From: a virus | Taxonomy: Duplodnaviria; Caudoviricetes | Strand: one strand, 5' to 3' | IMG/VR virus record: IMGVR_UViG_3300036945_000454 | Location: 788-64,787 of that record | Length of the DNA stretch: 64,000 nt | Part shown: positions 10,461 to 19,679 of the stretch, piece after piece | Layout: every line of letters starts with the position of its first letter | How positions within the stretch are numbered: the first letter of the stretch is position 1 | Notes under the pieces: model-generated | What the model was told of the DNA's origin: nothing | The model's database searches: none | What the model saw: only the letters and a program-made list of their open reading frames with translations | Program-made: the position numbers and the translations under genes

Positions 10461-11274
10461 GAGTATAATTAAATTTATTAAAATACCAGTTATGCTTATT
10501 GTATATATAATTACAAACATCTTTACCCAAAATATCTTCAGCACTAGAAGAAACTTTTTCTAATTTGCGTTGTATTTTATGGTCACCAAATGGTCCGTAC
10601 AAAGAATCATCCTCTTGTGTAATCTGTTCGATATTATCAAAATCGTGTTGGTAATATGGTATATCAAAGAATTGATATATCTTACTCATCTCTAATGATG
10701 GATCATTACACAAGTCTTCGTATTTTAAGAAGTGAATATTATTGTTTAGGCCCATTCTAAAAACCTCACTAAGGCTATCCAATGAAACTCCTAAGGGCAT
10801 AGTCTTTTCCCAAAGTTCAACACGCTTTTGTGTTGTCGTTCCTTCTAGGTTATGCCAATTAACTATAGGGTTATGCATCTCAGGATATTGACGATACTTC
10901 TTTTCAAGTGATGCAAATATATCACGCAAGTCTCTTACAATACAAATAATCTTTGGATTGTCTTGAATCTTATTTATAAACTCATAAGAAAGACCCCACC
11001 CTCGACATTTGTCTATCACATACTTTTTATCTGTAATTGGAGTATAAAAGTTTTCTATTCCTCCTCTACAGAAAGATAAGAAAGCTTTGTTCATTAAGTT
11101 TGCATCCTGTGCTAAAAATTCTCTAGATGTGCTATAAGTGAACTTTGCTGATTGAAGTAAATCAAATACGCCACTTGTTGGTGTGGCGTATATATCGGGA
11201 TTTTGAGCCAAGATATTTTGTAGAACAGTACTACCTGCTCTTGGCATTGAGCTCTGAAAAAAAAGTCTTTCCAT
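10423..11274 (-). CDS. Sulfotransferase family protein
   Basis: 5'-PSB motif SMPRAGST, 3'-PB motif VRDLRDIFAS, LKYEDL. Confidence 0.8.
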   Translation of the reverse strand: MERLFFQSSMPRAGSTVLQNILAQNPDIYATPTSGVFDLLQSAKFTYSTSREFLAQDANLMNKAFLSFCRGGIENFYTPITDKKYVIDKCRGWGLSYEFINKIQDNPKIICIVRDLRDIFASLEKKYRQYPEMHNPIVNWHNLEGTTTQKRVELWEKTMPLGVSLDSLSEVFRMGLNNNIHFLKYEDLCNDPSLEMSKIYQFFDIPYYQHDFDNIEQITQEDDSLYGPFGDHKIQRKLEKVSSSAEDILGKDVCNYIYNKHNWYFNKFNYTHDNSFDRTTWGR

Positions 11275-11283
11275 TGGATTTTA

Positions 11284-11616
11284 TTACCAAGGCAAAGGTT
11301 TAGTTATTGGGTCTTGGCTAGACAAAATTAAATCAATTCTATCATTTAACCTAGTATAAACACCTTCTGTAAATTCAGGTCCAAGAACTGTCTGACACCA
11401 ACCAATAACAATCTCATTAGTTAAATCATCATATGCAATGTAATCTGTGCCTGATGATGGCTGTGGAAGAAATACATTAAAGTCTTTAGAATAAATTTTT
11501 ATTCCATCCTTTTCAGCATTGACAATAAAATCTACATTATATACAACATTAAGCAATGAGTCAATATCAAGCAAAACTTGCATTTTTGTAACTGTCCAAG
11601 TATATATCGGATACAT
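11284..11616 (-). CDS. Tail-fibre-associated protein, paralogue of 12596-12913
   Basis: YTW-V, YDDLTNEIVIGW, C-terminal LPW. Confidence 0.55.
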   Translation of the reverse strand: MYPIYTWTVTKMQVLLDIDSLLNVVYNVDFIVNAEKDGIKIYSKDFNVFLPQPSSGTDYIAYDDLTNEIVIGWCQTVLGPEFTEGVYTRLNDRIDLILSSQDPITKPLPW

Positions 11617-11627
11617 ATTTTTATTTT

Positions 11628-12167
11628 TTAATTACCTACTGTTCTAACTGTAGAACTCCAGTTTGCACCGTTCATGTCAAATGAATTTGAGTTAACAACT
11701 ACATCACCAGCTCCAGATCCATTACCTAATGAAGAGAATGCATATAAACCAAGTCCGTTAGTGTTTGTATTTGTTGGGAAATATACTGCCCCTTTGTCAT
11801 AGTTACTAAACCCACTATTAGCAATTGGACGCCAAAGAAAAGAACCTGATGCCCATCTACTTGATCCTACAATCTTAACACTTACAATGTATGTAGTATC
11901 AACACTTAAAATACCAATAGGAACAACTCTAATACCTTGTGCACCTGCAGTATATCCTGTTCCCGAGTTAGTGTAAAATATGGTTGCTCCTGCACCATTT
12001 ATACCTGATGTTCCTGAGGTACCATTGGCACCATTTACGCCTGACGTGCCATTAACACCTGACGTACCATTAATGCCAGATGTACCACTTGTACCACTAG
12101 TATTAGATGTAATAGGGAATCCACTATCAGACAGTATGTTATTTGTTATTAAAGCTATATTGGGCAT
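11628..12167 (-). CDS. Short fibre protein with GTSG repeats
   Basis: SGTSGTSGINGTSGVNG repeat followed by a beta-rich domain. Confidence 0.55.
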   Translation of the reverse strand: MPNIALITNNILSDSGFPITSNTSGTSGTSGINGTSGVNGTSGVNGANGTSGTSGINGAGATIFYTNSGTGYTAGAQGIRVVPIGILSVDTTYIVSVKIVGSSRWASGSFLWRPIANSGFSNYDKGAVYFPTNTNTNGLGLYAFSSLGNGSGAGDVVVNSNSFDMNGANWSSTVRTVGN

Positions 12168-12178
12168 AGTAAATATTT

Positions 12179-12577
12179 TTATTCTTTCTTAAGCAACTTA
12201 TCTAGTAAGATAGGCCAATATTCAGAAGTTTCAATGTTTAATAAATCTTGTAAATCAATATCAGGTACAGGTATTTCAACTTCAATAGATCCAATCTCAT
12301 TTTGGCGATTTAAAAACTCTTGATAGTTTTCTCCTTTGATGACAATTTGATCACCTTCTTGCTCACCAAGTTCTTTATAAACCTCCATTAATTCGGCCTC
12401 CATTGACTCTAATTCTTTTTTAAGTTTAGAGTTTAATTCGTTCTGAATTAAATACTTGACACGGATCGGTAGTTTGTTGGTAAGCAATCCACCTTCTCTT
12501 TCTTTTGTTGCTTGATCTACAATTTTTCCGTTTATTTCATTAAACAAAGCGGTTACTTCAAATAAATTTAATTTCAT
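12179..12577 (-). CDS. Hypothetical protein, possible fibre chaperone
   Basis: 132 aa acidic helical ORF inside the fibre module. Confidence 0.5.
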   Translation of the reverse strand: MKLNLFEVTALFNEINGKIVDQATKEREGGLLTNKLPIRVKYLIQNELNSKLKKELESMEAELMEVYKELGEQEGDQIVIKGENYQEFLNRQNEIGSIEVEIPVPDIDLQDLLNIETSEYWPILLDKLLKKE

Positions 12578-12595
12578 GTTTTTATTGTTTTATTA

Positions 12596-12913
12596 TTATT
12601 CCCACGGCAAAGGTAATACAATGAGTGGAGGATTTTTTAGATTTTCAATATTTTCATTTAATTGAGCATCAATAGCCTCTACATCTAATCCTTGATCTAG
12701 CCAAGAATCTACTTGTTGCTCAGTCAAATCTGGGTAGGCTGTAAAATCTGTATCAGATGGAGTTGCACATCCCATGGCTCCATATATATCAGTAAAATAA
12801 GTTCCATCTGTTGCTGTTCTTCGGTAATGAACCGTAGTTACTACATCTGTTAATCCATCAATAGATGGGATTGTGTCAAGTTGACTAATCACCCAACTGT
12901 ACGTTATTTCCAT
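12596..12913 (-). CDS. Tail-fibre-associated protein
   Basis: YSWVI, YPDLTEQQVDSW, C-terminal LPWE; directly downstream of the fibre. Confidence 0.55.
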   Translation of the reverse strand: MEITYSWVISQLDTIPSIDGLTDVVTTVHYRRTATDGTYFTDIYGAMGCATPSDTDFTAYPDLTEQQVDSWLDQGLDVEAIDAQLNENIENLKNPPLIVLPLPWE

Positions 12914-12931
12914 ATTATTTGTTGTTTAAAA

Positions 12932-15900
12932 TCAAAGCATTGTTAGGGAATGCCAAGCGGCAGATGCGTATAAATATAAACCTATTGTTCCGTCAGTTTG
13001 GAATACTATTAATCCCTCAGCTGGAGATGTTATTGCATTCTTTTGTGTACTTGTCATTCGAGGAGGCAAGAATCCTTGTGTAGTTGAATTAACTACAAGT
13101 CTTGCTGATGGTATATCAGTAAATGTTCCTCCGTTTTGTAGGGTAAGGTTACCCGATGTAAACATATTTCCAAATGTTGTACTACCTTGGGGCTTAAAAA
13201 CTATTCCAGTTGTTGCAAATAATTCTAAGCTACTACCAAAAACAATTTGAGTAGCTGCTTGGTCCCCTCTTATTGATGAATTTGCATTTTGGAATCTTAT
13301 ATTACCTGCAAGTCTTAAAGCAGTATTCGTTACCCCTGTAAACGCACCATTCGTAAATGTTGGAGCAATATCCAAACCTACTAACACATCATTATTCGCT
13401 GAAGCTACTAATGTTGGATTAATTAATTGCCCTCTTGCAATAGCTGATGATGCAGTTTCTGTTCCTCCAACGGTTAGTTTAGTTGAAGTGCCTAAAGTAG
13501 TTGAACCAATACCTGTATCTCCTGCTAAGTAGTTGGATGCAGTACCATCCATAAAGATGTTCCAACGGTTAGCACCTGATGCAATTTCGCCTTTAAATCC
13601 GTAATTATTTGTTGCTCCTATTAAATTAGATTCTGCTCTATAACCTACTTGATTGGTTATTGAAGAACCTGCCCCTATTGTACCTTGTGCTGCACTATAA
13701 TGAAATAGCGAACCTAATGTAAATGAAGCAGTTTGAGTATTTAAAATTGTTTTATATCCATTAGCACTTGCGGTAACATCTGAATTTATAGTTGAGCCAA
13801 TTTGCATACCAATGACACTTGTGCTACCTGTCAAGGCTTTACTAACTCGTATAATATAACCTGTTAGGGATGTACTACCAATACCCAAAGAACCAGCTAA
13901 GTAGTTATCAGCAGTACCTTGTGCATAAATATTAAATTTACCTGTTCCTGCCGATAAATTTAATTCTATACCTCTTGATAATGAAGTTCCAGTAAAATCA
14001 TTTATTTGTATACCTTTATAATTAGTGACATTATTTTGCGGAGTAAAATTCATTGAGATACCAGTATAGTTAGTATAACTATTGGTATTATTAAAAGGTC
14101 CAGCCCCTCCTATTCTATATCCTGTCCAAGAACCAAAATTACCTGTTCCACCAGATTGAGATGTATATCCATCAGCACTTTGTGTTGCAGTTCCATTATT
14201 ATTAAAAATTACATTACAAACTAAATAACCATTAGCAGATGTAGTACTTCTATTAATTAAAACTCTTATATCATTAGCTGTAAATCCACCAAAAGTAAAA
14301 GCATCATCATTAATATTCCAAGTGCTTCTATTAATAATACCCCACCCATTTGCACTTCCTGTAATATTGATTGTTTGTCCTAAAAATGTATTTCCAGTAG
14401 GCAAAACTTGTGTTAATGACCCACTAATAAATCCGTTGATTGCAGTATTAGAACCTAATGTAATTAACGTTCCTGTGTCTGTAATATTACTATCGCCAAG
14501 TGCTGTAATCGCTGTAAACTTAGGAATAGTATTAACAGTACCAATAACAACCGAACCGCCTGATGTTCCACTAGTTCCATTTATACCCGATGTTCCTGCT
14601 GATCCACTTGTTCCAGTAAGTCCCGAAGTACCACTTGTTCCAGTAAGTCCCGAAGTACCACTTGTTCCTGAAGTGCCTGCAACAACACCAATAGAAGTAA
14701 TAACGTACGAATAATCGCCATTCTCTGTATACCAAACTACAGTTCTATTTACGCCATCTAGGTTATTTAAATACAATTTTACTATAAATCTATCCGTAGG
14801 ATCTATTACAGTTGTAGGAAATACAACATCAACTTCTGTTTCATATGGATTGCTGTCATTATATTGTATTTTCACATCAGAAGTCTGAATGATTGTACCA
14901 TAACCTGTTCCTGAACTATTAGCTAACTCTAGTGTAACATATGTTTCAATATCTGCAGCCGAAGGGTTAATTTCGTAATATAACTGAAAACGCTGAACTC
15001 CAGAAGGTATTAAAGAAAAACCAAGTTCATCTGTTATAAACTGTTGAACTAAAACATTCTGTTGATTTCCAGTTAATGTCTTTGAAACAGTTTGTTGCGT
15101 TATCATTGTCGGATTTTCCGATAAAATTTTATATCCGCTTACGTCACTTGACTGAGACTCATTAAAATAATAAGTTCTACCAGAAGATATTCCATTCTGT
15201 CCCGATGTTCCACTTGATCCATTAACACCACTAGTTCCATTAACACCACTAGTACCATTTACACCACTAGTGCCACTCGAACCATTAAATCCTGATGTAC
15301 CATTTGTTCCATTAATACCACTAGTTCCGCTTATTCCTGAAGAACCACTAGTACCTGTTGTACCTGATGTACCTGACGATCCATCACCACCACTTGCACC
15401 ATCTAGGTTAATTGACCATGAACTGTATGTGCCCGATCCAACTGTACGAGTAGGTGCGGCAAATGTTAATAACCCCGTTCCAGAATCATAACTTATAACC
15501 TCGCACTCTTGTAAATTATTAGCGTTATAAACAATAATAATAGATTGAGCAGCTGTATATGACAATCCTGTTTGAGTTGTAATTGCACCTGCATTTCCTA
15601 ATGTAAATGTTGTCGTAGATGTACCACGATATTTATCACCCGAATATCCACTAGTTCCTGCTGTTCCGCTTGTTCCTGTAGTACCTGAAGTGCCTGATGT
15701 TCCATTAGTTCCGGATACACCCTGAAAAAGACCAAAAGCAACAGGTGTGTTAGCTAAAATATTTCCTGTTGTCGCTTGCTGTAAATCAGTAGTTAAATAA
15801 TAAAAATCACCAACTAATGAAATATTTGTAATTTTATACAGACCATATGCACTAGGCGAATTAGGGATATGTATAAGAATAATTTTATTTATCCATTGCT

Positions 15901-16225
15901 CAGCAATAAAAGTTCCTGGAGTAGTATTAGCAAGAGTTAAGAAAGATACCTTTAAGATACCTTCTAATTGGTTAACATTAATATACGTGTTTGTATAACC
16001 AACTAAAGAGAAAGTTTTATCTGACTGAACAGTAGTTGTTGAATACGGAACAAAGTTCCAAGAGAACTGACCTGTGTCAATAGCACTTGAATTATTAAAG
16101 TAAGCAGCGACAGAGTCAGCTGTGAAGTTCTTTGTAGTTTTATATTCCGTATTCCAATCGGACCCAATCCACCGATCAGCACCGATTACATTGTTGTCTA
16201 CTGGGTATGTACTAATTCTTGCCAT
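12932..16225 (-). CDS. Tail fibre protein with three Gly-Thr-Ser repeat linkers
   Basis: 1097 aa; MARISTY anchor, (GTS)n tracts, C-terminal QGFLPPRMT...EGLIVFQTDG typical of Bacteroidota fibres. Confidence 0.75.
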   Translation of the reverse strand: MARISTYPVDNNVIGADRWIGSDWNTEYKTTKNFTADSVAAYFNNSSAIDTGQFSWNFVPYSTTTVQSDKTFSLVGYTNTYINVNQLEGILKVSFLTLANTTPGTFIAEQWINKIILIHIPNSPSAYGLYKITNISLVGDFYYLTTDLQQATTGNILANTPVAFGLFQGVSGTNGTSGTSGTTGTSGTAGTSGYSGDKYRGTSTTTFTLGNAGAITTQTGLSYTAAQSIIIVYNANNLQECEVISYDSGTGLLTFAAPTRTVGSGTYSSWSINLDGASGGDGSSGTSGTTGTSGSSGISGTSGINGTNGTSGFNGSSGTSGVNGTSGVNGTSGVNGSSGTSGQNGISSGRTYYFNESQSSDVSGYKILSENPTMITQQTVSKTLTGNQQNVLVQQFITDELGFSLIPSGVQRFQLYYEINPSAADIETYVTLELANSSGTGYGTIIQTSDVKIQYNDSNPYETEVDVVFPTTVIDPTDRFIVKLYLNNLDGVNRTVVWYTENGDYSYVITSIGVVAGTSGTSGTSGLTGTSGTSGLTGTSGSAGTSGINGTSGTSGGSVVIGTVNTIPKFTAITALGDSNITDTGTLITLGSNTAINGFISGSLTQVLPTGNTFLGQTINITGSANGWGIINRSTWNINDDAFTFGGFTANDIRVLINRSTTSANGYLVCNVIFNNNGTATQSADGYTSQSGGTGNFGSWTGYRIGGAGPFNNTNSYTNYTGISMNFTPQNNVTNYKGIQINDFTGTSLSRGIELNLSAGTGKFNIYAQGTADNYLAGSLGIGSTSLTGYIIRVSKALTGSTSVIGMQIGSTINSDVTASANGYKTILNTQTASFTLGSLFHYSAAQGTIGAGSSITNQVGYRAESNLIGATNNYGFKGEIASGANRWNIFMDGTASNYLAGDTGIGSTTLGTSTKLTVGGTETASSAIARGQLINPTLVASANNDVLVGLDIAPTFTNGAFTGVTNTALRLAGNIRFQNANSSIRGDQAATQIVFGSSLELFATTGIVFKPQGSTTFGNMFTSGNLTLQNGGTFTDIPSARLVVNSTTQGFLPPRMTSTQKNAITSPAEGLIVFQTDGTIGLYLYASAAWHSLTML
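15190..15400. repeat. Coding 9/18-bp degenerate repeats (GTSGxN); similar tracts at ~14560-14680, ~15645-15720 and ~11990-12105
   Basis: ccattaacaccactagt-type units repeated in tandem. Confidence 0.8.
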
Positions 16226-16243
16226 CGGCTTTCTGTTTGCTAG

Positions 16244-16693
16244 TTATTTTACAAAAATACTAACTTTCTCTCTAACATATAAAAATGAAAGAATACTCGT
16301 TATAGCCATAAACCATATAGCCCATTTAGGAATTTCATTTGTACGTACAACTTTTTCTTTTTTATACGTATTCTTATCCATAGTCGATTTATACTTATCA
16401 CGGTATACTGACTCAATAGAATCAATGTCAACTATGGCCTGAATCTTGCCTTGTGACGAGCGAACTACAACCTTTCCTTGTGGTACCCTTATCTTGCTGT
16501 AGAAAGTTGTTAGAATGCCAGAAGAATCGCACGGGTTATCGATAGTCAACGTGTCGTGTACCGATTGAAATTTTGTAATTGTTTTGTAGTCTATCAAAGT
16601 ATCTGTTTTGACTACTTCTTTGTAAAGCGTTACATTTTGTAACGGCTTGCAAGAGACTGCAAAGATTAATAGTAAAAAGATTAAATTTTTCAT
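16244..16693 (-). CDS. Spanin-like lipoprotein (unimolecular type)
   Basis: N-terminal lipobox AVSC and C-terminal TM WAIWFMAITSILSFLYV, next to the endolysin. Confidence 0.6.
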   Translation of the reverse strand: MKNLIFLLLIFAVSCKPLQNVTLYKEVVKTDTLIDYKTITKFQSVHDTLTIDNPCDSSGILTTFYSKIRVPQGKVVVRSSQGKIQAIVDIDSIESVYRDKYKSTMDKNTYKKEKVVRTNEIPKWAIWFMAITSILSFLYVREKVSIFVK

Positions 16694-17136
16694 TTATGTG
16701 TAATGTATTTAGTTGCCTTACCTTCTTTTATTGCATCCAATACTTGTTTGGCCTGCTTACCATCCGTGTTGTATGACACGTGTATCCAATCGTAACCAAA
16801 CTCATTAATCAACTGATCGAACTCTAAATTATTTTTGATAAAATCAAAAATCTCCATATTTTCCTTTCGATTTCCTTGATCTATATCAATCGCTTGGCCC
16901 TTTGTGTGCTGTGAGTTTTTTGCTCCACCTATTGCTGTATTTAGTTGCTTACTTCTATAGCCACTTGAGATACGAATAGGTTTATTAAAGTGTTTTCTAA
17001 TTGGCTCAAATATTTTATTAGCCAATTCAATTAAGTTTTCAGTATGCTCTGGGTTTGGCATGTTATTAATACCATTTCTTTTAGCATACTCAGATCTCGT
17101 CACTTCCACTAGATCTAGATGTTCTGATAGTTTCAT
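16690..17136 (-). CDS. Endolysin, peptidase M15A family
   Basis: ISSGYRS..LN..IGGA..SQH..GQAID, WIHVSY. Confidence 0.9.
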   Translation of the reverse strand: MKLSEHLDLVEVTRSEYAKRNGINNMPNPEHTENLIELANKIFEPIRKHFNKPIRISSGYRSKQLNTAIGGAKNSQHTKGQAIDIDQGNRKENMEIFDFIKNNLEFDQLINEFGYDWIHVSYNTDGKQAKQVLDAIKEGKATKYITHK

Positions 17137-17332
17137 TTTTTGAAAATTTAGATGCTGTTGCGTTGATTAGTGATCCTGATATAACAATAGCCATTAAATC
17201 CTGCAATCCATCATTTGATGGATCAGATAAGAAAGCCCCAAAAACAACAAGAGACCCAATTATAGAAATGAGTCTCGTGTGTGAATATTCGCCTTTGTGT
17301 TTTAAGAAGTCACTAATCTTGTACTTTGTCAT
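17090..17332 (-). CDS. Holin-like membrane protein
   Basis: SHTRL followed by two hydrophobic segments; overlaps the endolysin start. Confidence 0.5.
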   Translation of the reverse strand: MTKYKISDFLKHKGEYSHTRLISIIGSLVVFGAFLSDPSNDGLQDLMAIVISGSLINATASKFSKNETIRTSRSSGSDEI

Positions 17333-17486
17333 TTTTCTTTCCTTTTACCAACATTACCCATTTGGTAATCGTGTAACCAATGGTTACAGCCAACAAAATA
17401 ACCTTGAACCATGATTCAAGAGTTGAGAATGACAAGAGAAATGTCATAAAGTTTATTACGGCTATCTTCAAGTCTTCGTCAGTCAT
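17313..17486 (-). CDS. Holin-like 57-aa membrane protein
   Basis: Hand-translated MTDEDLKIAVINFMTFLLSFSTLESWFKVILLAVTIGYTITKWVMLVKGKKNDKVQD; two TM segments, basic tail. Confidence 0.6.
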   Translation of the reverse strand: MTDEDLKIAVINFMTFLLSFSTLESWFKVILLAVTIGYTITKWVMLVKGKKNDKVQD

Positions 17487-17750
17487 TTACCAAAGAGCCA
17501 CGATATTAGTAGCAGTCGTATCTGTTGAAAATACTTTTGTAACTTTTACTTGTAGTGTTGTACCTACTGGTACAGCAAAGAAAGTCACATCATCTCCTCC
17601 AATTGTTAGAACACGTAGATTTCCTGCTCCTCCAATGTAAAGAATACATCCTTCGCCATCTGGACCACCTGAAACACTAGGGATAAGAGCTGTGTCTGAT
17701 TTGGTAACAGTAGCTGCACGCCCAGATTGTGTATAGTTTAAAACTCCCAT
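17487..17750 (-). CDS. Small virion protein
   Basis: LYIGGAGNLRV...VPVGTTLQVKVTKVFSTDTTATNIVALW beta-rich family common in phages. Confidence 0.55.
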   Translation of the reverse strand: MGVLNYTQSGRAATVTKSDTALIPSVSGGPDGEGCILYIGGAGNLRVLTIGGDDVTFFAVPVGTTLQVKVTKVFSTDTTATNIVALW

Positions 17751-17751
17751 C

Positions 17752-17883
17752 TTATTTCTTTTTAGCCATTTTTTTCTTGCCAGGGATAACTCCTTTAGCT
17801 ATTAAAACATCTTTTCCTGTAACCTTTCCATCTTTGTTCATGTCAGGAAACCCTTTACCACTTTTTTTAGCTTGCTTTTGCAT
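17752..17883 (-). CDS. 43-aa basic protein with EF-hand-like DxNxDG loop
   Basis: Hand-translated MQKQAKKSGKGFPDMNKDGKVTGKDVLIAKGVIPGKKKMAKKK; TATCTTTG promoter at 17902-17909 (-). Confidence 0.6.
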   Translation of the reverse strand: MQKQAKKSGKGFPDMNKDGKVTGKDVLIAKGVIPGKKKMAKKK

Positions 17884-17909
17884 TTTTAGTTATTTATGTT
17901 ACAAAGATA

Positions 17910-18047
17910 TTACTTTTTTTTCTCTTGCTTTTTAATCTTCTTCTCTTGCTTAAGCATTTCTTTAGTTGGCTTTTTGCCTGATCCTTTGCTCGCACGGATG
18001 TTATTCCACAAAGAGTTTTCTACGCCTAATTTATTTAACTTTTTCAT
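17910..18047 (-). CDS. Small basic protein
   Basis: Likely start MKKLNK at 18047; SLWNNIRA motif. Confidence 0.55.
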   Translation of the reverse strand: MKKLNKLGVENSLWNNIRASKGSGKKPTKEMLKQEKKIKKQEKKK

Positions 18048-18048
18048 A

Positions 18049-18354
18049 TTATGATCCTTTAACCCATTTTTTAGATGGAGATGCTGTCTTGCTTGGAGAC
18101 CACTTAACTTTATCGGCCCAATAAGCTGCTGACATCTTGCCTTTTGAAATATTCTTTGCATGACGAGACTTAAAAGCCTCACGCTGACCAACAGTTTGAT
18201 TAGTCTTTACACCTGCTTGACCAAAACGGATCAACTTAACTTGGTCTCCTTCTTTTGCAAGCACTACGTGTGACTTGCCACCTGACGTTTGGCGTTTAGG
18301 CTTGTTAACACCAGACAAACCATATCGGTCCAACATATTCTTAATATCAGCCAT
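18049..18354 (-). CDS. Basic conserved phage protein
   Basis: KLIRFGQ, FKSRHAKNI, SAAYWADKVKW. Confidence 0.65.
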   Translation of the reverse strand: MADIKNMLDRYGLSGVNKPKRQTSGGKSHVVLAKEGDQVKLIRFGQAGVKTNQTVGQREAFKSRHAKNISKGKMSAAYWADKVKWSPSKTASPSKKWVKGS

Positions 18355-18635
18355 TACTTTTTCTTTTTAGTTCCACGAGCACGTACGTCACCAGCAGAAT
18401 TACTTTTTGAGCCTCTATTTTTACTAGCAGACTCCTCCACAACTCGCCCGTTCTTTTTGTGGCTCATATCCTTGCCATCCTTGTCAGCATACTGCCCACG
18501 ATCACGGTTGATTTTATTCAACTCGATACGCTTCTTTAACTGCTCAGGTCGCTTGTTATACTCAGCTTGATATTCTAAGCGTTTTTTGCGAGCATCCGGA
18601 TTTGATGCGTAGTATTGGGCTGTTTTACCTTTCAT
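18354..18635 (-). CDS. Basic protein with degenerate HNH-like motif
   Basis: DGKDMSHKK...SKNRG. Confidence 0.55.
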   Translation of the reverse strand: MKGKTAQYYASNPDARKKRLEYQAEYNKRPEQLKKRIELNKINRDRGQYADKDGKDMSHKKNGRVVEESASKNRGSKSNSAGDVRARGTKKKK

Positions 18636-18807
18636 TAATTTTATCTTGATAATATTGATCTTTTGGCGAATTAAACGGAAAAAGATCGTTCAGCTTTTGT
18701 TGGCGTTCTGCACATCCACAATTACCATTAGGGAATGCGGCATCTACAACTTTCTTAATGCCGGTAGCCTCAGTTACCTTTGCAACCAAATCTCCTAAGC
18801 CTTCCAT
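18625..18807 (-). CDS. Conserved small phage protein (GLGD...CGC..R)
   Basis: MEGLGDLVAKVTEATGIKK...CGCAERQQKLN. Confidence 0.65.
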   Translation of the reverse strand: MEGLGDLVAKVTEATGIKKVVDAAFPNGNCGCAERQQKLNDLFPFNSPKDQYYQDKINER

Positions 18808-18808
18808 A

Positions 18809-18949
18809 TTAACGCATTTTTTTAGCCATCTTTTTAGTAGCCACTTGCTTTACCAAGTCAACCATTTTAGATGCTGCGACAATCTTGCTAATGCCCATCA
18901 TCTGAGGAGGCATCTTACGTGTCATTGGTGTATTTTCTTGCTTTCCCAT
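18809..18949 (-). CDS. 46-aa basic protein
   Basis: Hand-translated MGKQENTPMTRKMPPQMMGISKIVAASKMVDLVKQVATKKMAKKMR; fills the operon gap. Confidence 0.5.
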   Translation of the reverse strand: MGKQENTPMTRKMPPQMMGISKIVAASKMVDLVKQVATKKMAKKMR

Positions 18950-19314
18950 TATTTAAATAGTTCTGATATCTTGTTAGTAATTGTACTGATAATTCCGTCA
19001 GATGAAGGAAGTGGTTTGTCACGGCCTGCTGTTGCTTTATCTGCTAATGCTCTAAATCTTACAGCTTTTGCTGAATCGGCAGATGCTTGTTTTTTAAATT
19101 TATCGGCAATTTTTAGTCTATCATTACCGCTTAAGGTGCTACCAAAATTATCTACCAAAACTTGTACGTTACCCTTCCCATTTCTAACAGCACCTTGCCC
19201 CATACTTTTTTGTTCATATGCGGTTTGTTTTTTTCTATTAGATAAATCCATTAACGAATCAGCCATTTGGCGAATTCGTGATACTGGTACCTTTGCTGCT
19301 TTTTGCTTTCCCAT
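18949..19314 (-). CDS. Basic hypothetical protein
   Basis: 121 aa; KATAGRDKPLP motif shared with neighbours. Confidence 0.6.
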   Translation of the reverse strand: MGKQKAAKVPVSRIRQMADSLMDLSNRKKQTAYEQKSMGQGAVRNGKGNVQVLVDNFGSTLSGNDRLKIADKFKKQASADSAKAVRFRALADKATAGRDKPLPSSDGIISTITNKISELFK

Positions 19315-19418
19315 TATTTCTTAGTTATTTTCTTAACATTCCCTTTTAAAAACTTCATCGCCCCATCTAAAGATTTTTTAGACTCAAACTTTGCAGCTTT
19401 CTTTATAATCTTCTTCAT
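19314..19418 (-). CDS. 34-aa basic protein
   Basis: Hand-translated MKKIIKKAAKFESKKSLDGAMKFLKGNVKKITKK; abuts both neighbours. Confidence 0.5.
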   Translation of the reverse strand: MKKIIKKAAKFESKKSLDGAMKFLKGNVKKITKK

Positions 19419-19667
19419 CTAGCTATTAAACTCAGTTGGAGGCAATGGAATATCACGGCCTTTTGTTGCTTTATTTATTGCGGTAATCGCTTTGTCTCTG
19501 TAACGAGTAGCATTTGATCCCTGAACATCAGATAGTTTAAAGTATCCATCAGCTGCTCTACTAAAACCTGCCTTATCTAATATAGAACTATATGCTTTAT
19601 TTGCCTTAGAGGTTTTCTCTAGATTGTTAGCATATTTCCACAATTTTTTAGCATTTACTTTTGCCAT
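19419..19667 (-). CDS. Basic hypothetical protein
   Basis: 82 aa; KATKGRDIPLPPTEF. Confidence 0.6.
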   Translation of the reverse strand: MAKVNAKKLWKYANNLEKTSKANKAYSSILDKAGFSRAADGYFKLSDVQGSNATRYRDKAITAINKATKGRDIPLPPTEFNS

Positions 19668-19679
19668 AATTATAAATTT

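Noticed and set aside
14322-15491. Plus-strand ORFs with PLVP/PDVP repeats (also 11980-12192 and 57046-57669)
   Set aside because: Antisense shadows of GTS and PTTT coding repeats
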